Below, piece after piece: positions 28,028-35,699 of a DNA stretch of 64,000 nucleotides. The notes under the pieces were generated by a model that was given only the letters and a program-made list of their open reading frames with translations, ran no database searches and was not told where the DNA came from. The DNA comes from Bacteriovorax sp. Lineage in GTDB: Bacteria > Bdellovibrionota > Bacteriovoracia > Bacteriovoracales > Bacteriovoracaceae. The stretch spans positions 727 to 64,726 of the forward strand of contig JBEIPI010000003.1 of assembly GCA_040377165.1 (NCBI GenBank), in the 5' to 3' direction. Position 1 is the stretch's first letter, and the number at the start of each line of letters is the position of its first letter. The translations under genes and the position numbers were made by a program.

Positions 28028-28642
28028 TTACGACTTCTTTTTAGCATCGTTAGACGACACTTCGGATGAAATAGGTGCAGCTTTCGCTGTAGATATTTTG
28101 GTTGCAGAAGATTGTTGTCTTCCTAGGGGGATGTCCGCGCCGGGAAGGTTTGGACCATGAGAAAGGTTGAATTCATCCGGTGAAGTAAAATGCGTATAGT
28201 TTTCATTGTCATCATAAGCGTTATCGTAATCATTGTAGCTTTCATCCACTTGCTCATCATCAAGAGATGTATGAGATGAAGTTGGGGAATAAGCTGAGAG
28301 TTCATCATCTGTTTCACGATTTATATTGGCACTGTGTTCAACTTTTGCGTAGTTTGCATTCAGTCTTCTTTCTGGAGAATCTCCCAGAAAGACATCATCC
28401 AGGTTGCTGGTTGCAAAAGAGGGTTCGACACTTTTAGAAGAGTGAAAACAAGACTGACAAAGTTTCTCGTAAGTCTTTTTAAACTCTTCATTATGTCCGT
28501 ATCTATTATGGACTAATTTCTCAAGAGCAGCTGGAGTTCCATGAGTTCTCTCAACTTCGGACTCAGACAATTTGGTCCAGCGGCTTAAGACTTGATTCTT
28601 AATCGTTGGCCAATGACTTTGTATTTGTTGGTTATCTAACAT
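28028..28642 (-). CDS. CsbD-like N-terminal domain with a long acidic disordered tail
   Basis: IQSHWPTIKNQVLSRWTKLSESEV...LVHNRYG fits the CsbD/YjbJ pattern; D/E/S-rich C-terminus; GAGG RBS. Confidence 0.7.
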   Translation of the reverse strand: MLDNQQIQSHWPTIKNQVLSRWTKLSESEVERTHGTPAALEKLVHNRYGHNEEFKKTYEKLCQSCFHSSKSVEPSFATSNLDDVFLGDSPERRLNANYAKVEHSANINRETDDELSAYSPTSSHTSLDDEQVDESYNDYDNAYDDNENYTHFTSPDEFNLSHGPNLPGADIPLGRQQSSATKISTAKAAPISSEVSSNDAKKKS

Positions 28643-28694
28643 GGTAAACCTCAATGTTCTTGTTTGTTGATCTCATGATCACATTTCTAATCAT

Positions 28695-28710
28695 TGCACC
28701 AACGATGCCA
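28695..28710 (-). promoter_or_regulatory. sigma54 promoter
   Basis: TGGCATCGTTGGTGCA (GG-N10-GC). Confidence 0.7.
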
Positions 28711-28852
28711 ACTGATGCACCAATCATATTTTCGATAGTTATATTGTGAAAACATATAGCGTTAGGGGCAAAAGTCTCCGCTTGCGTAGCAGAATTCTTG
28801 CTGGAGCACAGAGTAATGTTCCATATAGGGAAGGGTTTGTGGAAAACTTCCT

Positions 28853-28868
28853 AGGCATACAAATTGCT
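28853..28868 (+). promoter_or_regulatory. sigma54 promoter
   Basis: AGGCATACAAATTGCT. Confidence 0.75.
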
Positions 28869-28922
28869 TGTTAGTGTTGGGGCACTATGCATAAGTGCAT
28901 TAATCTTTTAGGAGACAAAGTT

Positions 28923-29195
28923 ATGGCAGTAAAAAAGAGCGCACACAAAAAAGGAAGACAAAAGAAAGTTATGAACATGGTAACTGGTATTCGCAATGCT
29001 AGTTATACTAATGTTGAGACTCAAGAAATTAGACATGAAGAAGATGCTATCCGTCGTCAGTTTTTAGTCATTAAAAAAGACTACAGTCGATTGGTGAACG
29101 ATGTGGCGACCGGTTATGGATTGATTAGAAGCTGGGTCGAGATGCAGGCAACAAGTAGGGGCGAGATGCTCAAGGCCAGATTTATAAAGAATTAA
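28923..29195 (+). CDS. Small hypothetical protein, basic N-terminus
   Basis: AGGAG RBS, sigma54 site upstream, terminator downstream. Confidence 0.65.
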   Translation: MAVKKSAHKKGRQKKVMNMVTGIRNASYTNVETQEIRHEEDAIRRQFLVIKKDYSRLVNDVATGYGLIRSWVEMQATSRGEMLKARFIKN

Positions 29196-29224
29196 AAAAG
29201 AGGGAACGTCGTTCCCTCTTTTTT
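29194..29224. terminator. Bidirectional terminator
   Basis: A6-GAGGGAAC-GTC-GTTCCCTC-T6. Confidence 0.85.
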
Positions 29225-29717
29225 AATGTCTCATCTCTTCTGCTGTAACCGGCGCTTCTTTTCTTTCACGCGAAGGCTCGAACTCTGTCGATCTTTTTTG
29301 CTCTCTTTCTTTTACGAAATCAGCAATTAAAAGTGCCAAAGCATCCTGTAGCGGGTGAGACGTTCCAACAGTGGTAAGCGGCAGATGTTTTTGCTTTTTA
29401 GTATCATTGTCCTGAAAACTTCTGACAATAATTGCTCCTGTCACCAAGCAGACCGCACTTAAAGTAAGGCCCATTATAATCATAGAAGAGAAATAAATAT
29501 AGCCGTTCTGATCATATTGAGCACCCATGTCTACTGCAACCAGAATCAGACCAGCAGAAAAAATAATCGCCAGTGATGTGGCCGTAGTGTAGAGCATTAG
29601 CGCTTTCATTGCGTTGGCGCGTATCATGTCCTTTATTTCTGTTACCGGATTAATTGTTTCATGCCCTGTTGAAAAGAAAGGTTTGATTATGGAAAAAATA
29701 AGCAACATCCACTTCAT
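29223..29717 (-). CDS. Two-TM membrane protein (YqjE/holin-like by position)
   Basis: Two hydrophobic helices; GGAGG RBS; follows the CsbD-ElaB fusion as yqjE follows yqjD. Confidence 0.6.
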   Translation of the reverse strand: MKWMLLIFSIIKPFFSTGHETINPVTEIKDMIRANAMKALMLYTTATSLAIIFSAGLILVAVDMGAQYDQNGYIYFSSMIIMGLTLSAVCLVTGAIIVRSFQDNDTKKQKHLPLTTVGTSHPLQDALALLIADFVKEREQKRSTEFEPSRERKEAPVTAEEMRH

Positions 29718-29736
29718 GGAAGAACCTCCTGAAAAA

Positions 29737-29765
29737 AATAAGGGCCTGGTTAAGGCCCTTATTTT
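29737..29765 (-). terminator. Stem-loop between the CsbD-ElaB fusion and the membrane protein
   Basis: AAATAAGGGCC-TGGTTAA-GGCCCTTATTT with a T tract on the minus strand. Confidence 0.65.
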
Positions 29766-29777
29766 TGCTATTCATAA

Positions 29778-30266
29778 TTATTTTCGGCGGAAAAAGTAGG
29801 CTCCCGCAAGGAATCCCACTGTGGCCGCACCAAGAATAGCGTATCCAGGGTTTTCTTTTACTAAGCCACTGGTTCTGTCGACAACTTGTGCCCCCAGGTC
29901 TTTTGCGCGCTCAATATACTCTCTTGATGGTTCGACGATTTCGTCTTCAATCAAGTGCGAAGCTCTGTTTCTGATTTTATTGGCATCATATTGGCCGTTT
30001 AGTTGTGAAGCCATTCCCATAGTTTTCTCCTTGGTATTAGTGTAATCGCGGTCATCGCGAAAATAGTTTTTGTGTTGAGATTTGAATTTTTCGAATTCTT
30101 CAGTGGCCCTCTCCTTAGTAAAGCCGTAAGCTTTTTGAACTTTACCAATTAGTTGGTCGACGCCACCATCAAGATAGGCGATGTCATCATCTGTTAGTTT
30201 TGACCAGGTTTGTTTTAAATCACCTTTTAGTTCTTTCATTGAACCTTTAATAATTTCTGTGTTCAT
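29778..30266 (-). CDS. CsbD domain fused to an ElaB/YqjD (DUF883)-like C-terminal anchor
   Basis: MNTEIIKGSMKELKGDLKQTWSKLTDDD...GKVQKAYG (CsbD); ENPGYAILGAATVGFLAGAYFFRRK (DUF883 C-terminus). Confidence 0.85.
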   Translation of the reverse strand: MNTEIIKGSMKELKGDLKQTWSKLTDDDIAYLDGGVDQLIGKVQKAYGFTKERATEEFEKFKSQHKNYFRDDRDYTNTKEKTMGMASQLNGQYDANKIRNRASHLIEDEIVEPSREYIERAKDLGAQVVDRTSGLVKENPGYAILGAATVGFLAGAYFFRRK

Positions 30267-30312
30267 TTTCTTCTCCTTGAAAAAAAATCGAGTAAATTCT
30301 CGATCTTCTTAT

Positions 30313-30328
30313 TCCAAAGTTTATGCCA
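30313..30328 (-). promoter_or_regulatory. sigma54 promoter with variant -12 (TTGG)
   Basis: TGGCATAAACTTTGGA about 47 bp upstream of the CsbD-ElaB gene. Confidence 0.55.
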
Positions 30329-30448
30329 AGGAATAAGTATAGTGATTATGAATGTTTAAGTTTTTAGCGCACCTTGATGGGGCATTTTGGTCGCATGAAA
30401 AAGGGCATAATGGAGTTAATTGTCCTGAAGCATATAAGGAGTCTATTT

Positions 30449-30464
30449 TGGCACACAAACTGCT
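30449..30464 (+). promoter_or_regulatory. sigma54 promoter
   Basis: TGGCACACAAACTGCT, near consensus. Confidence 0.8.
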
Positions 30465-30507
30465 TGTTGCTGTCTAGATATAGGCAAACATCAAAAAAGG
30501 AGGATGT

Positions 30508-30702
30508 ATGTTGAAAGCTGCAATCGTGTTTTTCATTCTTGGCCTGATTGCAATGTTGTTCGGGGCCTTTGGAGTTGCGGGAATGTCTATTGAAATCGGG
30601 GAAATGATCCTGGCTATTTTCTTCATTTTTGCATTAATGAGTTTTATCGGAAGTGCGGAAATAGAAAGAAAAAGACACAAAGATCTGCACTTAAAAAAGT
30701 GA
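30508..30702 (+). CDS. DUF1328 small membrane protein, second copy
   Basis: MLKAAIVFFILGLIAMLFGAFGVAGMSIEIG, near-identical to 22893..23075. Confidence 0.85.
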   Translation: MLKAAIVFFILGLIAMLFGAFGVAGMSIEIGEMILAIFFIFALMSFIGSAEIERKRHKDLHLKK

Positions 30703-30738
30703 TGAATATATAAAATAGTTCTATTAGAAGGAGAATTT

Positions 30739-31012
30739 ATGAAAATGACCTGGAGAAATGCAATTTTGTTTTTATCAGTTGTTACTTTAACTGCGGCACA
30801 TCCATATGGTGCAGCCTTTGCTGCCGATGACACTGCAAAAGAAAAAATGGAAGAGGCAGCAAATGACACAAAGAGGGCGACTAAAAAGGCCGGTCGAAAA
30901 GTTAAAGATGAAATTTGCGAAATGGTTGATGGAAAAATGAAATGCATTGGGAAAAAAAATGAAGCACGCCGCTCAGAATGCTGGTGATAAACTCGAAGAC
31001 GCCGTAGATTAA
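30739..31012 (+). pseudogene. Small secreted helical protein with an apparent frameshift in an A8 run (or a sequencing error)
   Basis: Track ORF stops at 30987; removing one A from 30952-30959 gives ...CIGKKMKHAAQNAGDKLEDAVD* ending at 31012. Confidence 0.6.
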
Positions 31013-31109
31013 GAAATTCAAAAAAGCAGTTTTCGCGGCTTGAGCTTCCTGAGAGTAATTTAGTTTTCCTTTACCTCGTCTTTTCTAGGGATTTTTGGGT
31101 AGAAAAACA

Positions 31110-31125
31110 TGGCATCCGGCCTGCT
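31110..31125 (+). promoter_or_regulatory. sigma54 promoter
   Basis: TGGCATCCGGCCTGCT, about 63 bp upstream of the BON gene. Confidence 0.7.
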
Positions 31126-31187
31126 GTTAAAAATTGTAGTGATGCCGCTGATACTTTAGCGAATCAATCTAAAATTAAGGAGGATAC

Positions 31188-31544
31188 ATGAAGTTGTGGT
31201 TAATTTTAATGATTGTTGTGAGCAGTGCTTTTGTAGGTGTTGTCGTAGCACGGCAGGACATAAGTGCGAATCCTCGTATCGTCAATCAGGCAACAGGATT
31301 AACGGCAGGAGATCAATCCAATAAGCCTGCAGATATTTTGATTACCAAAAAAATCCGCTCTGAACTAATGAAGGACGCAGCCCTTTCAATGAAGGCGAAA
31401 AATATTAAAATCATTGCAGTTAACAATGGGGTGACGTTAAAAGGCACAGTATCGAGTGCTGAAGAGCGAGCGCGCATTTTAGAGCATGCTTATATCACGG
31501 CACCAAAACACAGAATCTATAATCAGATCAGTGTTGTGAAATAG
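31188..31544 (+). CDS. BON-domain (OsmY-like) protein
   Basis: Signal peptide; DILITKKIRSEL...NIKIIAVNNGVTLKGTVSS...IYNQISV. Confidence 0.9.
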   Translation: MKLWLILMIVVSSAFVGVVVARQDISANPRIVNQATGLTAGDQSNKPADILITKKIRSELMKDAALSMKAKNIKIIAVNNGVTLKGTVSSAEERARILEHAYITAPKHRIYNQISVVK

Positions 31545-31562
31545 TTTTCAAGGAGGCTAGAG

Positions 31563-32096
31563 ATGAAAACAATGACAAGAGATAATAAGAATATATCCGT
31601 TTTTGGTATTTTCGACACACGTTCGTCGACAGAAAGAGCGGTAGAGCGTTTGAAAACCTCAGGATTTCGAATGTCTGATATTTCAGTGCTGATGCCTGAT
31701 AAAGACAGTACAAGACAATTTGCCCATGAAAAGCACACCAAGGCCCCTGAAGGAGCTGCAACAGGAGCAAGTACGGGAGTTGTGGTTGGTGGAACGTTGG
31801 GATGGCTTGCCGGTATGGGTGCACTCGCTCTTCCGGGGATCGGACCATTGGTTGCGGCAGGACCGATTATGGCCGCAATCGCGGGGGCCGGAGTCGGCGG
31901 AGCTGTTGGTGGCGTGAGCGGGGCCCTGGTTGGACTGGGGATTCCTGAATATGAAGCTAAAAGATATGAAGGATCAGTAAAAGACGGAGGAATTCTTCTG
32001 TCGGTCCATTGTGACAATAGTGATTCGATAAAGAGTGCAAAACAATTATTGGAAATAACCGGAGCTCACGATATCGCTTCTTCCACAGAAGCTTAG
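31563..32096 (+). CDS. General stress protein with glycine zipper (YflT/DUF3341-like)
   Basis: VFGIF...ERAVERLKTSGF..DISVL; GAATGA...IGPLVAAGP; GLGIPEYEAKRYE; GILLSVH. Confidence 0.85.
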   Translation: MKTMTRDNKNISVFGIFDTRSSTERAVERLKTSGFRMSDISVLMPDKDSTRQFAHEKHTKAPEGAATGASTGVVVGGTLGWLAGMGALALPGIGPLVAAGPIMAAIAGAGVGGAVGGVSGALVGLGIPEYEAKRYEGSVKDGGILLSVHCDNSDSIKSAKQLLEITGAHDIASSTEA

Positions 32097-32112
32097 CGAT
32101 GTCGTAGTTATT

Positions 32113-32142
32113 CCCACGGATGCTTAGTTAAACATCCGTGGG
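32113..32142. other. Perfect 10-bp inverted repeat (mRNA stem-loop)
   Basis: CCCACGGATG-N10-CATCCGTGGG, with no U-tract. Confidence 0.65.
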
Positions 32143-32169
32143 TTATAAAAAATTATCAAGGAATGAAAG

Positions 32170-32301
32170 ATGAAGAAAAAAATCACGGATTTGATAGAAA
32201 ATGTTGAAGGGAAGGTTGCTGTTCCAATTTTAATGTATGTCCTGGGAGTTCCGGGATTTTTATGCATTCTCGCATGGTTTTTTTTCTTTAAAGGGAAGTA
32301 A
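32170..32301 (+). CDS. 43-aa single-TM small protein (not in ORF track)
   Basis: MKKKITDLIENVEGKVAVPILMYVLGVPGFLCILAWFFFFKGK*; AAGGA RBS; LGVP-centred TM segment. Confidence 0.65.
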   Translation: MKKKITDLIENVEGKVAVPILMYVLGVPGFLCILAWFFFFKGK

Positions 32302-32319
32302 AGGAAATGTGGAGAAGGT

Positions 32320-33177
32320 ATGACGATCTCAGGTATTTCCAGAGCGGGGTATCGCTTCGGTTTAAGAATCAGGAATTTCATTTATCTTGTTTTAAAACAT
32401 AATATTTTTTTCCACTCTTCGGCCATATCTTATTATACAGCTCTGGCCATTGCGCCTTTTTTGCTGATTCTCCTGCAGGTAGGCTCTTTAATGGGGCACA
32501 CCTTACAGACAGAGCTCATTGGTCAGACCTATTTTATTCTGGGACCAGAAGTCGGGCGAATCACTGAGATGATTTTTAGCAATGTGAATGATGAAATGAA
32601 CCTGGCTTCAATTTCAGGGATTGTTGGGGGGGCGGCCTTGCTTTTTACCGCATCCATGGTTTTTTTGCAGCTTCGTTTCTCGCTGGATACTATTTACGGA
32701 TACCACGACCCGAATCTCTCACGGAGTTTTAAAGACATAGTGAAAGAGCGGCTATTTTCAATGGGAGTAGTAGTATTCGTTGCTATACTTTTTTTCTTCT
32801 CGCTTTTTATTTCAAACATCGTGAAATACCTCGTGGGGCCAGCTTATAATGATAATCTTTTCGGGCAAATTCTCGCGCATTTTATCAGTTTTACGATATA
32901 TCTTATGATGTTCACAGTTTTGTACTATTTCGCACCTTCGCGCACTCCGGAGTTGAGGACGGCGGTTAAGGTGGCGCTTTTTACCACTGTGGCCTTTTTG
33001 TTCGGGAAAATTCTGATTGGTCTTTATTTCAAAAATGTCGCTGTCAGTTCGGTCTATGGAGCGACCGGCACCCTTTTAGTGTTTTTAATCTGGGCCTATT
33101 ATTCATCCTTCACGCTTTTTTTAAGTCTCGAGGGATTTCTTTTTATCCACAGGAAAGAACACAGACTTCCGCTTTAA
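32320..33177 (+). CDS. YihY/BrkB family membrane protein
   Basis: SSAISYYTALAIAPFL; SVYGATGTLLVFLIWAYYSS; multiple TM helices. Confidence 0.92.
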   Translation: MTISGISRAGYRFGLRIRNFIYLVLKHNIFFHSSAISYYTALAIAPFLLILLQVGSLMGHTLQTELIGQTYFILGPEVGRITEMIFSNVNDEMNLASISGIVGGAALLFTASMVFLQLRFSLDTIYGYHDPNLSRSFKDIVKERLFSMGVVVFVAILFFFSLFISNIVKYLVGPAYNDNLFGQILAHFISFTIYLMMFTVLYYFAPSRTPELRTAVKVALFTTVAFLFGKILIGLYFKNVAVSSVYGATGTLLVFLIWAYYSSFTLFLSLEGFLFIHRKEHRLPL

Positions 33178-33180
33178 TCT

Positions 33181-33196
33181 TGGCTTCAACTTTGCT
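33181..33196 (+). promoter_or_regulatory. sigma54 promoter
   Basis: TGGCTTCAACTTTGCT about 36 bp before the hemerythrin ATG. Confidence 0.7.
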
Positions 33197-33231
33197 GATT
33201 CAAAGATAGGTCATTAACCTGGAGGTTAGAC

Positions 33232-33837
33232 ATGACAAGAATAGAAGAAATTGCCCAAGACAATAAGTTCAACATTGTCGATGTACTACAAATGGATCAC
33301 AAGTATTTAAAGGAATGTATTAAAGTTCTTAAAGGAGACGGCGATAAAAAAGAAAAAGTCAGATATGCCAAAACTTTTTTGGACGCTCTCTATAAACATT
33401 CCGAAGCAGAGAAAAAAGTAGTTTACTCTACACTAGTGAAGATTGAGGATTTGAAAAAAGAGATTCTTGAAGGGGAGGTTGAGCATGGGATTGCCGACGC
33501 CAAGGTGAAGATGCTTATTCCAAAATTAACAGGACTTCGTACTTTAACTGATGAACTGGAAGTGGAATTGAAAGTACTGGCAGAACTTGTCGAGCACCAC
33601 ATTAAAGAAGAGGAAGCAGAAATGTTTCCCAAAATGAGAAAAGACTTGGATAAAACAATTTTGAATGAGATGGGCTTTCAGTTCATGAAGCTTAGAAATT
33701 TTACTACGAAGGATCTTAAGCAATACCCTAAATTGCAAAAAGAAGTTTCAAGCTTGAAGAAGCTCGGGCACAGACTTTCGGCGAACTTTGCAATGAAGGT
33801 GTTAAAACACACGACGAGGGTTGCTCACACCCGATAA
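33232..33837 (+). CDS. Hemerythrin/HHE cation-binding domain protein
   Basis: DH, HSEAEK, EHG, LAELVEHHIKEEEAEMFP. Confidence 0.88.
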   Translation: MTRIEEIAQDNKFNIVDVLQMDHKYLKECIKVLKGDGDKKEKVRYAKTFLDALYKHSEAEKKVVYSTLVKIEDLKKEILEGEVEHGIADAKVKMLIPKLTGLRTLTDELEVELKVLAELVEHHIKEEEAEMFPKMRKDLDKTILNEMGFQFMKLRNFTTKDLKQYPKLQKEVSSLKKLGHRLSANFAMKVLKHTTRVAHTR

Positions 33838-33850
33838 GAACGGGAGGTTT

Positions 33851-34171
33851 ATGAGACGCTACACATTTTTACTCATAGCTTTTTTCCTCTCGATGGGGGC
33901 ACTTGCCTCGATTGACAGTAAAAGCGAAATGAAAGAACTAGGGAATATTGAGGAGTCCATAGAGAAGGCAAAACAGCCGGTGGATAATATACCAGTGGGG
34001 TCAGTGAGTTCCAACCGGAGCCGTACCAAGATGAAACAGAAAACAAATGCCTTTAGTGGTGTAAATTGTAAGACATATGAGGGCGATGTATATGGACGCG
34101 GTGAGGCCGGATACAATGATTGCATCAAGGCAATTAAGACGGATCACAAAGGCACCAGGGCGATTAAGTAG
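33851..34171 (+). CDS. Small secreted protein with a Cys pair
   Basis: GGAGG RBS, signal peptide (ALA), CKT...YNDC. Confidence 0.65.
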   Translation: MRRYTFLLIAFFLSMGALASIDSKSEMKELGNIEESIEKAKQPVDNIPVGSVSSNRSRTKMKQKTNAFSGVNCKTYEGDVYGRGEAGYNDCIKAIKTDHKGTRAIK

Positions 34172-34275
34172 AATATACCCAAATGGTTTGGTCAGTTTTG
34201 GGAAAGAAATCCCGCTGATCGCAGGGGGGCTGCCTATGAGTTAAAATAGAGAGAGAATTTTCAAAGAGGGGAATT

Positions 34276-35046
34276 ATGGTTTTCAGGCCAAAGGCTTTGC
34301 TCCTGGCGGGCGTGGTTTTTATGTCAACGAATGTGCAGGCGGGTTTTCTTTCATGGAAGGAGATTGAAAAGCGCTTTAAGCAAGAAAACTTGAATCTCAA
34401 GGCCCTCGGCCATGTAGAGTGCTTTTTTAAAAAGCACGAGAGTACGGTGTTTAGGAAAAAGATTTCCTTTGCCGAAGGAAGCGAAAACCGCTGCTCAGGC
34501 GACCCTGAAATTACCATTGATTCAAAAAGAGTATTTGCTTTAATTGATTATGTGGCCCCAAGTGATGAGCAGAGAATGTTCCTTGTTGACCGTCAAACAG
34601 GAGAGATCTCGAAAATGGCGGTGGCCCACGGTCGTTATATGGCCGGAATGTTCAATACTAAACTTTCGGAAAATAAAAACTCAATTCGCCTTGCCCGCTA
34701 TTTCAGCAACGAGATAAATTCCAATGCGCCATCAAGCGGATTTTTTGTGGCGGGAATTGATTACGAAGGAAAATTCGGCAGAAGTTTAGTGCTGCATGGA
34801 TTAGAAGAGGGGATTAACGATAATGCCTGTGAGCGCGCGGTTGTCATACATAAGCACGCAATGGTCTCAACTTCCGGGGCCAATATTCTCTCGAGTGGCT
34901 GCCCGATGATTAACAAAAGTTACCTCAATCACGTCATCAATATCCTGAAAGCACCTGAAGACGCAGACGGGTCTGTAGTCTTTATTTACGGGCCACGTGA
35001 AGCTGCGTGGGAGACTTCAAGCTGTGAAGGGAATTTTAATATTTAA
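34276..35046 (+). CDS. Murein L,D-transpeptidase catalytic-domain family (YkuD_2)
   Basis: IDY...VAHG...FSN...SSG...LHGLEEGINDNA.ERAVVIH...SSGCP. Confidence 0.85.
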   Translation: MVFRPKALLLAGVVFMSTNVQAGFLSWKEIEKRFKQENLNLKALGHVECFFKKHESTVFRKKISFAEGSENRCSGDPEITIDSKRVFALIDYVAPSDEQRMFLVDRQTGEISKMAVAHGRYMAGMFNTKLSENKNSIRLARYFSNEINSNAPSSGFFVAGIDYEGKFGRSLVLHGLEEGINDNACERAVVIHKHAMVSTSGANILSSGCPMINKSYLNHVINILKAPEDADGSVVFIYGPREAAWETSSCEGNFNI

Positions 35047-35117
35047 ATTTATTGCCCGCTAAAAAATATTTAAGTATCTTATTAGGCATAAGATAATATT
35101 ATTTAGTGGAGACCTAT

Positions 35118-35663
35118 ATGAAATGTTCCCTGACATTGTTGCTACTGGCGATTTCTTCAACATCATTTGCAGCATCCTCTGGTATGAAGGCCGGGCTGTG
35201 GGAGCATAGCTTCACAATGAAAAGCCAAAGTGGACAAGTAGAAAAGAGCATGGCGGAAATGAAGAAACAAATGGAGAAAATGCCTGCTGAACAGCGCAAG
35301 TTCATGGAAGATATGATGGCAAAACAGGGGCTTGGTTTATCGGGGGGGATGAACAGCGTTAAAGTTTGTATTTCAAAAGAGCAAGCGGATAACCTTGATA
35401 TTCCTCAAAAACAAAACGACAACTGCACTCAAGAGATCACTTCACGCACGGACAAATCAGTAAAAATGAAATTTGATTGCAAAGGAAGCCAGCCTTCTTC
35501 AGGGGAAGGAGAGTTCACACTGACTAGCCCAACTGCCTACACAGGAAAAGCTGTCATCAATACAACGACTCAAGGTAAACCAGACCGCATGGACATGGAC
35601 CAAAAGGGTAAGTGGCTCTCTGCTGATTGTGGCAATATAAAACCTATTCCAACTAAAAAATAA
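35118..35663 (+). CDS. DUF3617 family secreted protein
   Basis: MKAGLWE N-terminus, KVCIS, C-terminal GKWLSADCG. Confidence 0.85.
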   Translation: MKCSLTLLLLAISSTSFAASSGMKAGLWEHSFTMKSQSGQVEKSMAEMKKQMEKMPAEQRKFMEDMMAKQGLGLSGGMNSVKVCISKEQADNLDIPQKQNDNCTQEITSRTDKSVKMKFDCKGSQPSSGEGEFTLTSPTAYTGKAVINTTTQGKPDRMDMDQKGKWLSADCGNIKPIPTKK

Positions 35664-35699
35664 TGTACACGGGCGTGCTGTTTGTGTACCTTATGGTAC

